Shown: positions 31,353 through 38,581, counted from the first letter of the stretch. The stretch is 64,000 nt of DNA from a virus (IMGVR_UViG_3300025652_000049:12424-76423), one strand, 5' to 3'. A program made the numbers and translations. Notes: generated by a model not told the origin, from the sequence alone.

Positions 31353-33007
31353 CCGAACATTGGATTAGGACTCGTAGTTTTACTGTAAACCGATGGGTCA
31401 ATTATTACACACTCTGTTGTCAATAGCATTCCAGAAATAGAACCTGCGTTTTGCAAAGCTACTCGCGTAACCTTTACTGGATCTATAATTCCTTGTTTAA
31501 TCATACTCTCAACAAAGACACCAGCTCTAGCATCATAACCATGTTCCCAATTATTTTGACAATTGTCAAAATCTTCTAAATCTATTTCTTCAACTCCTAC
31601 ATTACTTATTATCTGATTAAATGGAGATTTAATAGCTTCCATCACAATATCAATACCAGCCTGTAAAGATGGATTATTGTTTCTTGTTTCAATTTCCATC
31701 TTGCTTAATGATAGCAAAGCCGTTCCACCACCGGGAATAATACCTTCCTGAACAGCGTTCTTAGTCGCGTGCAAAGCATCGTTAATCCTATGCTGCTTTT
31801 CTAGAAACTCTGTGTCTGAATAAGCACCAAGATTTATATAAGCTACACCATCAGTAAGCCTAGAGATACGCATATGTAATATGTTTTTCTCATAAGGAGT
31901 TGTTACAGTTTTTATTTTTTCTCGTAAAGAATCTGCTCTTTCTTCCATTTGCTTACGAACCTTCGCTCTGTATTCTTTTGTTCCAGCTACGCCTTTAATG
32001 GAAGTATATTGTAAACCAACACTAATGCCTTTTGCTTTTGGTAAAGAAGCCATTACATCCTCTTTAGCAAGACTATTAAACTGAACACCTTCTTCTTTAA
32101 GAAACGGAGCTTTGCCAAGGGCAGAACCTATATCTCTAAGAGTATGCATTTGCTCATCACCGAAGTCTGGAGCTACACACACGCATACTTTAAAGTTTGC
32201 CTTTGCGACATTAGTAACTAACATTGACAATACAACATCATCGATTTTAGGAACTACAATAAGTAAATTAGCCGTTTCTTCATTAACAGTTTCTAACAAA
32301 TGATTGAAGTTCTCACTTACATCTGTAAGAGGCTCATTACTAAGATACACATAGGTTTCGTCAAACTCACAAGTCTCGTTCTTCATGTCTGTCATAAAGT
32401 AAGGAGAAGCTAACCCCATTGGTAAGTTCATTCCTTGAATTGTAGTCAAATACGTTTCATATGTTCTAGATCGTTTGATGTTTACGATACCTTGCTTTCC
32501 AGCAGCTTCGTAAGCTTGAATAACTAAATCTGCAATTTCCTCATCGTTATTAGAAGATATCAAAGCAACTTGCTTTAACATTTTTGGAGAATCTTTAACC
32601 GAAATAGATTTTGACTCTAAGGCATCTACAATTAATGAAATACACTTATCAATACCTCTTTTAACTTCTAAGCGGTTGAGGTTTTTATCTAAGTTAACTC
32701 CAGCTTTGAAAATAGCTGCGGCCAAAACTGTTGCAGTCGTGGTACCATCTCCTGCTAGTTCATCAGATTTGTTGGCAACATCCTGAACCGATTCTATAGC
32801 AACCATCTCAATAGGTACGTCAGAGAAAACTTCTCTAGCAACTGTTACTCCATCCTTAACCGAGAAAGGACGAGCCTCACCTTTTACCCTAATCAGAACA
32901 TTAGATCCGCTTGGACCCAATGTAACCTTTACCGCTTTTTCAATTTGTTCAAGACCCGAAAGCAATCCTTTACGAGCCTCATCACCATATATAATATTTT
33001 TGTTCAT
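31349..33007 (-). CDS. groEL: Phage-encoded chaperonin GroEL
   Basis: VKVTLGPSG, KDGVTVA, AGDGTTTATVLA, GIIPGGG and GIIDPVKVTRVAL motifs. No GGM tail. Confidence 0.95.
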   Translation of the reverse strand: MNKNIIYGDEARKGLLSGLEQIEKAVKVTLGPSGSNVLIRVKGEARPFSVKDGVTVAREVFSDVPIEMVAIESVQDVANKSDELAGDGTTTATVLAAAIFKAGVNLDKNLNRLEVKRGIDKCISLIVDALESKSISVKDSPKMLKQVALISSNNDEEIADLVIQAYEAAGKQGIVNIKRSRTYETYLTTIQGMNLPMGLASPYFMTDMKNETCEFDETYVYLSNEPLTDVSENFNHLLETVNEETANLLIVVPKIDDVVLSMLVTNVAKANFKVCVCVAPDFGDEQMHTLRDIGSALGKAPFLKEEGVQFNSLAKEDVMASLPKAKGISVGLQYTSIKGVAGTKEYRAKVRKQMEERADSLREKIKTVTTPYEKNILHMRISRLTDGVAYINLGAYSDTEFLEKQHRINDALHATKNAVQEGIIPGGGTALLSLSKMEIETRNNNPSLQAGIDIVMEAIKSPFNQIISNVGVEEIDLEDFDNCQNNWEHGYDARAGVFVESMIKQGIIDPVKVTRVALQNAGSISGMLLTTECVIIDPSVYSKTTSPNPMFG

Positions 33008-33724
33008 TTATTTTCTAAGTTTTGCGAGTTTATATCCTAATTCAAAACGTGCTTCACAATAATGTGACCAAGCATTAGTAATACTAACATTTACTTTAAC
33101 TGCATCTTTAAAATAACCGTTTGTACCATTTTCATAACAAGCAGCAATTAAAGAATATATAGACTTTTTAATACTAGATATTCCTTCGCGTGCTTCTAAT
33201 GTAGCTTCTAAAGAACCAAGAAGACTAAACTCACGAACATCAGCAGCAATCTCTTTATCTTCTTTTACAACATCTGTAGTAGCAGGAATATCAAATGCTG
33301 TTTTAACCTCAACATTATAAGGATTCTGTGTTCCAATAGCACCAAGTAGTTGGCCCAACCAAGCTCTACCGTTATTCATAGAATCATTTAAAGAAGCACT
33401 AAAAATGTTTCGATTTCCTAAAATAATCTTTTGCATCCTGTCAGCATTCTTACGAATCTCTTTGATGTGCTCAATTAATTCTGAATTAGGATTAATAGTT
33501 TCATCACTAAGGTCTGGAGATTTTGTTTCACTCATTGCCTTAGCAATCTGAGCATTCTCTTTAGCACCATCGATAACCTGTTCTTCATCAAGAATAATAG
33601 GATCCACAACTGGAACATCAAATGCAACCACATCTTCTTTTTTAACCATAGCTTTCTTTTTAGCTACTGGCTTTTTAGCTACTGGCTTTTTTGCTTTGTC
33701 TTCATTACTTTTTTTAGCAGACAT
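33008..33724 (-). CDS. Tandem helical-hairpin protein, Acb2/Tad1-like (tentative), with a KKPVA-repeat N-terminus
   Basis: GRAWLGQLLGAIGTQNPY and a second HYCEARFELGYKL hairpin. Confidence 0.45.
   Translation of the reverse strand: MSAKKSNEDKAKKPVAKKPVAKKKAMVKKEDVVAFDVPVVDPIILDEEQVIDGAKENAQIAKAMSETKSPDLSDETINPNSELIEHIKEIRKNADRMQKIILGNRNIFSASLNDSMNNGRAWLGQLLGAIGTQNPYNVEVKTAFDIPATTDVVKEDKEIAADVREFSLLGSLEATLEAREGISSIKKSIYSLIAACYENGTNGYFKDAVKVNVSITNAWSHYCEARFELGYKLAKLRK
33656..33690. repeat. 15-bp tandem repeat (TTTTTAGCTACTGGC) encoding KKPVA
   Basis: Seen directly, about 2.3 copies. Confidence 0.8.
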
Positions 33725-33740
33725 AATAAATTATTTTAAA

Positions 33741-34076
33741 TTAAACTTCCTTGAAAATATACTCATCTAAACGAATAGCAATAACAGCTTCTTTCGTTAC
33801 ATTTAAAAAACGCTCCCTTTCTCCAACACCAGGAAACTTCATCATCGTTGAAACATGACTGTGATAAAAAACAACACAACCAACTGCCGCCGCATTACCC
33901 TGTTCACCAACAGCCTCAATCACTCCTACATCATATAGATACTCTTCCGCATCCGATGTAGAGAACTGACTAGAATTCTTATTCTTATAATAATCTTCTA
34001 GAGGGGTAACCAATAAATTAGTCTCTCCGACCCAAATACCTTCTAGCCCTTTAATAACACTCATTACTTTATTCAT
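33741..34076 (-). CDS. Co-chaperonin GroES-like protein
   Basis: VGETNLLVTP...GVIEAVGE...VGCVVFY...VTKEAVIA follows the GroES pattern; one gene away from GroEL. Confidence 0.7.
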   Translation of the reverse strand: MNKVMSVIKGLEGIWVGETNLLVTPLEDYYKNKNSSQFSTSDAEEYLYDVGVIEAVGEQGNAAAVGCVVFYHSHVSTMMKFPGVGERERFLNVTKEAVIAIRLDEYIFKEV

Positions 34077-34099
34077 AAAATATTATTTATAATTTTTAA

Positions 34100-34123
34100 C
34101 AAATCTACGCCTATTAGACGTAA
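34100..34123 (-). promoter_or_regulatory. -7 box TAGATTTG overlapped by palindromic operator-like site (copy 1)
   Basis: CAAATCTACGCCTATTAGACGTAA, 20/24 identical to 35165-35188. Confidence 0.55.
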
Positions 34124-34193
34124 TCCGCAAACTTTTATAATAGTACATCCATACATCCCCTTTTCCTCCACATACATCATAACCTATTATAAT

Positions 34194-34219
34194 AAAAAAC
34201 CACCTGCCGAAACAGGTGG
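34194..34219 (-). terminator. Rho-independent terminator
   Basis: CCACCTG/CAGGTGG stem with a T-tract on the minus strand. Confidence 0.65.
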
Positions 34220-34271
34220 AAAAAGTATTGAGTTAATTAAAACTACATTCATTATAGCAAGTGCAAGATAC

Positions 34272-34302
34272 AAAAAAAAGCCTAACACGAATGCAAGGCT
34301 TT
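34272..34302 (-). terminator. Rho-independent terminator
   Basis: AAAGCCT/AGGCTTT stem with T8 on the minus strand. Confidence 0.5.
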
Positions 34303-34343
34303 AAATTCAAATATTTAGATATCCATTATGTCCTTAGACGCAC

Positions 34344-34697
34344 CTAATTATAAACCGAGCGAAAGCTCGACAATCTATTGGGGAGGGTTTCTAATGGTGG
34401 CTTCTCGATAATGCTTATGTAATTATATTTATAACGACTCCTTCGAAACAAGTCTGGGCCCATATACGAGGGAACAAAAAACGTGCGATCAATACGATTA
34501 ATCTTTTCTAAGGTAGAAGCACTTGTTATCTGATAATCAAAACTCTCTGTTTGATTAAGGACAACTGCATCCGGTGAAACTGAATCAACGAATGATACTA
34601 GCTCAATGCCAACATCATCATCTAATAGCTTAGGAACCTCTGCCGAAGCAATGGAAAACGTAAAAGCCATTAGGAGTACTACAAGGAAATTTTTCAT
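34344..34697 (-). CDS. Secreted protein (signal peptide); start revised to 34697
   Basis: MKNFLVVLLMAFTFSIASA-E signal peptide. The longer ORF-track start falls inside a terminator. Confidence 0.6.
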   Translation of the reverse strand: MKNFLVVLLMAFTFSIASAEVPKLLDDDVGIELVSFVDSVSPDAVVLNQTESFDYQITSASTLEKINRIDRTFFVPSYMGPDLFRRSRYKYNYISIIEKPPLETLPNRLSSFRSVYN

Positions 34698-34737
34698 TGT
34701 ATTTCTGTATTTAATGATTAATAAAGTATAAATATAT

Positions 34738-34772
34738 AAAAAAAATGCTTCCCTACTACAAGAAGCATTTTT
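34738..34772. terminator. Bidirectional terminator
   Basis: AAAAATGCTTC/GAAGCATTTTT inverted repeat. Confidence 0.6.
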
Positions 34773-34838
34773 CATATCAACTAATTAACTAAAAAACATA
34801 CCAACCAAATATGTCTTATGAAAACATAAATATACAAC

Positions 34839-35042
34839 TTATTTCGGAACTGTATAATCAAGGATAATATGAACCATAGCCTCAAATTTAAAATTGTCAG
34901 CAATCTCACTCGCGCTATTTTTGTGAAAAGTAGGATATAAAAAAATATTGCAGTACCCATGAATCTCAGCACCATCCATACCCTTATCTATCATACGAGC
35001 AATAATATCATCATTCCAATATGGCGTCTTACACCTACTCAT
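34839..35042 (-). CDS. Hypothetical protein
   Basis: 67 aa, among the first leftward genes. Confidence 0.5.
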   Translation of the reverse strand: MSRCKTPYWNDDIIARMIDKGMDGAEIHGYCNIFLYPTFHKNSASEIADNFKFEAMVHIILDYTVPK

Positions 35043-35164
35043 ATTTCTTATTCTTTAATCTGAAACATTCCTCAGTAAAACCTCGCATCAATAAACGATT
35101 CCGAATACGCCTCTCTAAACATAATTCTACCATAACACCACTATTTATATTAATATCTATTAAG

Positions 35165-35188
35165 CAAAACTACGTCAAATAGACGTAA
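35165..35188 (-). promoter_or_regulatory. -7 box TAGTTTTG overlapped by palindrome TACGTC-N5-GACGTA (copy 2)
   Basis: Heads the leftward arm and matches 34100-34123. Confidence 0.55.
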
Positions 35189-35255
35189 CAAAAAAACCAA
35201 ACATAAAATAAAAAATTTCCAAAATTTATTCGCTCGTTTGCTTAATAGTAAAATT

Positions 35256-35290
35256 CCCCCTACCATAATCTTGTTTATGGGGTAGGGGGG
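35256..35290. other. GC-rich hairpin at the transcription divergence point
   Basis: CCCCCTACC...GGTAGGGGG inverted repeat. Confidence 0.6.
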
Positions 35291-35298
35291 TCTCTATT

Positions 35299-35315
35299 AA
35301 AAACTCATAAAAGAG
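35299..35315 (+). promoter_or_regulatory. Repeated early motif AAACTCATAAAAGAG (copy 1; candidate phage RNAP promoter)
   Basis: The core recurs at 35775, 38119, 41549 and 43852 on the same strand. Confidence 0.5.
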
Positions 35316-35358
35316 AGTCCTAATCGTTAGTGTCTCTTTATAATTTAATTTATTTACT

Positions 35359-35517
35359 ATGTCTTATTTATCATCACTTCGTACCAAAGTATCGACCCTT
35401 AATGCACAACCTGTGCCTAACTCTTACACCAAGCTTGACATCTTTCGTGTTAAAGCTACAGTTGTTGCTGGCTTTACTGTGGGGTATATTCAAGGATCAT
35501 TAACTAAAACTAAATAG
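35359..35517 (+). CDS. Small early protein (52 aa, hydrophobic C-terminus)
   Basis: MSYLSSLRTKV...VVAGFTVGYIQGSLTKTK. Below the ORF-track cutoff. Confidence 0.55.
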   Translation: MSYLSSLRTKVSTLNAQPVPNSYTKLDIFRVKATVVAGFTVGYIQGSLTKTK

Positions 35518-35521
35518 ACTC

Positions 35522-35776
35522 ATGGCTATCAAGAAATCTACTACCATTGCATCAGCTGTCGCTGCTGCTGGAACTACTGCATCCATCTGGCATGCCTCTA
35601 CTGCCACTACTATGGCTGTCACATCTACTGCTGGCGCTACCGCCGGCTCAGGCACAATGGTCTTTAAGACTGTTGCCGCAGGCTTGGGCTCCAAGCTTCT
35701 CATCGGTGCTTTATGCATCGGTGCTACTGCTGCCGTCACCTACATGGTTTACACTCACCTAGAGAGTAAATCATAA
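35522..35776 (+). CDS. Ala/Thr-rich early membrane protein
   Basis: 84 aa with a C-terminal TM helix. Confidence 0.6.
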   Translation: MAIKKSTTIASAVAAAGTTASIWHASTATTMAVTSTAGATAGSGTMVFKTVAAGLGSKLLIGALCIGATAAVTYMVYTHLESKS

Positions 35777-35802
35777 ACTCATAAAAGAGAACTTTTGTTC
35801 AT

Positions 35803-35840
35803 CCTCTTGCTCATCCTCTTGGATAGGCAAGGGGCTTTTT
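35803..35840 (+). terminator. Terminator-like hairpin immediately upstream of the hammerhead
   Basis: CCTCTTGC...GCAAGGGG stem followed by CTTTTT. Confidence 0.55.
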
Positions 35841-35846
35841 CTAATT

Positions 35847-35895
35847 CTGTCGTGTAGTATGTGCTACACCTGATGAGGTTGTTAGACCGAAACAG
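35847..35895 (+). ncRNA. Type III hammerhead ribozyme
   Basis: CUGUC^ - stem I GUGUAG(U)/(G)CUACAC - CUGAUGA - stem II GGUU/GACC with loop GUUA - GAAA - CAG closing stem III. All conserved core nucleotides are present. Predicted cleavage after C35851. Confidence 0.88.
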
Positions 35896-35914
35896 TTACT
35901 TAATACTTATTCTA

Positions 35915-36190
35915 ATGGTACATTCCTTCTCATCCGACTATAAGAACGGCAACATCACTATCACCTTCACCGATGGTGATGAGGTTAAGACGATCTTCTT
36001 TGTTAATAGCACTGTCGCATACGACATCGCTTATAACACACTTCAATGGCGATATGATATGTCTGGTTACACAGAATATCAAGGAGACTCTGGCTACTTA
36101 AAAGCCATCACACACATGCGCAAATGTGGTCTCTCATTCATGAAGCATCCACAAGATTGCGACATGTTTATTCCCCACTATAAAGCATGA
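35915..36190 (+). CDS. Early hypothetical protein (start revised to ATG 35915, downstream of the ribozyme)
   Basis: MVHSFSSDYKNG... The ORF-track GTG start lies inside the hammerhead. Confidence 0.6.
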   Translation: MVHSFSSDYKNGNITITFTDGDEVKTIFFVNSTVAYDIAYNTLQWRYDMSGYTEYQGDSGYLKAITHMRKCGLSFMKHPQDCDMFIPHYKA

Positions 36191-36228
36191 CATCATGTCA
36201 ATTTATAGCCTTCAAACTACATCTGTAG

Positions 36229-36292
36229 AGTAAGCGAGATCTGTTTACCCAAATCTATTAATCTATTTTGGGTAAGCAGGATCTGTTTACCG
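36229..36292. repeat. Two copies of the imperfect palindrome GTAAGCnnGATCTGTTTACC (third copy at 39872-39894)
   Basis: Seen directly. Confidence 0.75.
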
Positions 36293-36757
36293 CCCGATTA
36301 CGATGATGCCAATGTTTACAGGGCTTCACACGTTTTACCTAAAAAAGTCGTATAGTATATACTATATATACCGACGGACTAGGACGTGGCAGAGACTGAC
36401 AGAGTGTGCTCAATCAGTATGTGTCCTCTTAGTCTAACTTGGTAAACCACTGCGGTTCTCTGCGGTGTTATACTAATGTTATCTGTCTTATTATAAGCTG
36501 TCATTGTTTGTTATTAAAAAGGCGTAGTTATGTGCCTACTATGGTGCATTACTATTTTGTTATTTATAAACATCTTTTACTTTATTAACGTAGTGATTGC
36601 TTGCGGTCACTATGTTGATTTATTTAAGTTACTGCGGTAGTTTACTATCGCTTCGTCTTCGTTCGGTGCTACGCACCTCTCTCATCCTCGCTAGGGGATA
36701 TTATTTAATTTATTATTTATTTATTTAAAATCATCTGATTCCAAGGATGTAAAATAC

Positions 36758-37054
36758 TTGGTCACTATTGTTATGATATCTATATCGCTTGATGATGTTG
36801 TTATTGCGAAGCAATCTGCTACTGGTTATGCACCTCTATGTATGGAGGTTGCTAACGTTGCAATATATCTTCATCGTGAGAGAACACATGGGTTCTCTAA
36901 CTACTCTTTCAGGTTATGTCCTGACGACAACTGCTATTATGGTAAGATTCGAGGCTCTGTTCAAGGGCTTGAGCTTGCTATGGCAGATATTGAATTCTTT
37001 GGTATTTCTATCAAAGACTTCGACAGATACCTACGTCCTCTTTTAGACGACTAG
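36758..37054 (+). CDS. Early hypothetical protein (start uncertain, perhaps ATG 36773)
   Basis: ORF with early-gene codon style. Confidence 0.55.
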   Translation: MVTIVMISISLDDVVIAKQSATGYAPLCMEVANVAIYLHRERTHGFSNYSFRLCPDDNCYYGKIRGSVQGLELAMADIEFFGISIKDFDRYLRPLLDD

Positions 37055-37061
37055 GTATCAA

Positions 37062-37108
37062 TGCATGTATGGTATGATTACCTAGAGGTTCGATTCCTCT
37101 TCATGCAG
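37062..37108 (+). ncRNA. tRNA-like mini element (acceptor-like stem, perfect T-arm, one small hairpin)
   Basis: TGCATG/CATGCA stem, GGTA-TGAT-TACC hairpin and AGAGG-TTCGATT-CCTCT T-arm. Too short to be a complete tRNA. Confidence 0.55.
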
Positions 37109-37153
37109 CTAACTTTAAATCTAAAAGGTTGTGACTTACCACACACATTTATT

Positions 37154-37525
37154 ATGAGAAAATTATCTTTATTACGTGAATCTCTTATGCAGTCTAAGAC
37201 TGCTGCTACTTCTATGGAAACCTTCAACAACTTAAGGTTTACTAGTCTATCCTCTGCTTATGAACATAAGATTGTTGCTGACAAAATCAACTCAAACAAT
37301 TACAAAACTATGCTTACTGCTAGTGGTATTGTTTGGGGTGCTGCTATTGGAACTTATGTTGCAGGCTCAACACTACTTGTTGCAGGCGCAGTATTAGCAG
37401 GAACTACTGTTGTTGGCACTGCTACTGCTCTTGCTGTTAACAACAGGCGTATTATTAAAAACTCTAATGAGTTTTTGAATAACGGAGATTACATTACTCC
37501 TGAGCCTATAACTATTAATCTTTAA
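37154..37525 (+). CDS. Early membrane protein (start revised to 37154)
   Basis: ACATTTATT-ATG context shared with other genes; Gly/Ala-rich TM hairpin. Confidence 0.6.
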   Translation: MRKLSLLRESLMQSKTAATSMETFNNLRFTSLSSAYEHKIVADKINSNNYKTMLTASGIVWGAAIGTYVAGSTLLVAGAVLAGTTVVGTATALAVNNRRIIKNSNEFLNNGDYITPEPITINL

Positions 37526-37535
37526 TCTATAAACT

Positions 37536-37691
37536 ATGTACAATCCTCGTCTTATTATCTCAGCTATGAGAACTTATGGTTGCTCTGCTATTGAAGCTAT
37601 TCAATGGCTTGGGCAACCTCATGAAAATGCATTCTTATTTACTAACGGCAATGTTCATATTCCAGAGTGCTGGAATACTGATGCCATTTAA
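37536..37691 (+). CDS. Small early protein (51 aa)
   Basis: MYNPRLIISAMRTYGCSAIEAIQWLG... fills the intergenic gap. Confidence 0.55.
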   Translation: MYNPRLIISAMRTYGCSAIEAIQWLGQPHENAFLFTNGNVHIPECWNTDAI

Positions 37692-37703
37692 AACCTATCT
37701 ATT

Positions 37704-37946
37704 ATGGATTCTTATTTCCTTGCACAGTTATTACGTCTAAAGATACACCTAATCACTATCAATGATTGTGATGATGTTGTTGCCTACTATACTGAAAAGT
37801 TTGTCAATACTGATAAACACGTCTTCATTTATACTCATGGGTACTTCAGTACCAATTCTAATAGTTGGGTTAATAAAACCCATATCGTCACCTCCAGTGA
37901 GGATCTTGAGTATCACCTAAAGAACTTTGGTAAATCTTTTTACTAA
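37704..37946 (+). CDS. Early hypothetical protein
   Basis: 80-aa ORF. Confidence 0.55.
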   Translation: MDSYFLAQLLRLKIHLITINDCDDVVAYYTEKFVNTDKHVFIYTHGYFSTNSNSWVNKTHIVTSSEDLEYHLKNFGKSFY

Positions 37947-37960
37947 AAACTATATAAACT

Positions 37961-38128
37961 ATGAATTATAATATTCCTGTTATTGAATTAGACCTATCCA
38001 TTCGGCTTCTCAATGTGTTAAAGCGTAATGGTATATTCTTTTTGTCTGACATTAAAAACATCGATAATGTTAAATGGCTTGACAAACGTACCAAAGATGA
38101 GCTATTGTTAGCTCTCAAAAACTCATAA
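37961..38128 (+). CDS. Stand-alone RNA polymerase alpha-CTD-like miniprotein (55 aa)
   Basis: IPVIELDLSIRLLNVLKRNGIFFLSDI...WLDKRTKDELLLAL resembles the RpoA CTD pattern LELTVRSANCLK..I..IGDL...LGKKSLTEI. Not in the ORF track. Confidence 0.7.
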   Translation: MNYNIPVIELDLSIRLLNVLKRNGIFFLSDIKNIDNVKWLDKRTKDELLLALKNS

Positions 38129-38241
38129 AAGAGTACCACGTATTAAAGAGTTTCTTGCGTGTCTAAATAACGAAGCCTCTTAACCCTAGCCCTCTTTTGG
38201 GGGCTAACATTGCGCGATGTCAAGCGCATTATAAGTGTGAC

Positions 38242-38581
38242 CACATTTATTATGAAAGCACCTGCTTTTAAATCAATCCTAGCTACGGCTATTGGGTATG
38301 CCTCTGGCGATGCCCACATTATTGTTCAATCAATGGCTGACGGTATCGTTCGCTTTGAGTCTAAGCTTGTTAACAAGCTGACCAAAGAATCACGTCACGA
38401 CATTGAAAAACAACGTCATCAGCACACAGTTGAGACACAAGAGCTTGTTAAAGCCACTACTGCTAGAGCTGTAGGCTTTATCGGAGCGATATTCAAAGCT
38501 TCTACTAAACCATTAGTTAGTGGTGAGAATATAAATTTCGAGGAAGGACAAACCATTTATGCTCCTGAATCAAATGCGTAA
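38242..38581 (+). CDS. Early hypothetical protein (start revised to the ATG of MKAPAF, approx.)
   Basis: ACATTTATT-ATG context. Confidence 0.55.

Noticed and set aside
36188-36757. CRISPR array or mini-array
   Set aside because: Only two adjacent ~21-bp palindromes about 20 bp apart; no regular repeat-spacer series and no cas genes.
37062-37108. Canonical tRNA gene
   Set aside because: Too short, with only one arm between the acceptor strand and T-arm and no 7-nt anticodon loop. Kept only as a tRNA-like element.
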